Source: Tubiluchus corallicola
Lineage: Eukaryota; Animalia; Priapulida
Direction of reading: 5' to 3'
DNA: 64,000 bases
Assembly: GCA_030141605.1 (NCBI GenBank)
Contig: JAQGDQ010000027.1
Span: 849,847 to 913,846 of the forward strand
Shown here in pieces: positions 63,775-64,000 of the stretch. The notes beneath the pieces are model-generated. The model saw only the letters and a list, made by a program, of their open reading frames with translations, did not search any database and was not told where the DNA came from. Each line of letters starts with the position of its first letter. The first letter of the stretch is position 1. Position numbers and translations under genes: made by a program.

Positions 63775-64000
63775 GTACGTACCAATGTAGATTCACTATA
63801 TTTATATATGAATTACATATATATGGCTTTTTGGGAGATCTATTACTGCGCCAGAAATAACAGAATTCGACTTGATTAATTAAGTAATTATAGCAAGCTG
63901 TAGAATGAAATTAAAGATGCATTTGTTAGCCTGCTTCTTAGGTACAAAATGTGACATCTAAACTATGAAACTTTATTATTAATAATTTTAATAATTTAAG

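Overview
AT-rich, intron-containing animal (invertebrate-like metazoan) genomic DNA, so most ORF-track entries are exon fragments or spurious. Reading GT-AG boundaries by hand gives six genes. (1) A 30-exon minus-strand gene (67-34253, ~2264 aa) encoding a secreted mosaic protein: signal peptide, VWCE-like N-terminus, 11 EGF, FN3, long S/T/acidic linker, 3 vWC, a ROR-type Ig + Frizzled-like CRD, 7 more vWC, vWD and C8, with no TM segment. (2) PEX19 (+). (3) RARS1 with an intronless CDS (-). (4) HSC70/HSPA8 (+), whose introns host two U14 snoRNAs and a SNORD53-like snoRNA. (5) COA3 (-). (6) The 5' part of SELENOO (+). Introns carry many transposon relics: mariner, Tigger-, piggyBac-, hAT-, Kolobok- and Harbinger-like MITEs, RTE-X and CR1 LINE ends, a Penelope-like insert with a decayed hammerhead ribozyme, and a THAP relic. 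The standout is the Kielin/Crossveinless-2/VWCE-like protein with a Wnt-receptor-type Ig-CRD cassette inserted, a candidate secreted BMP/Wnt integrator. All family assignments come from motif recognition; no searches were run.
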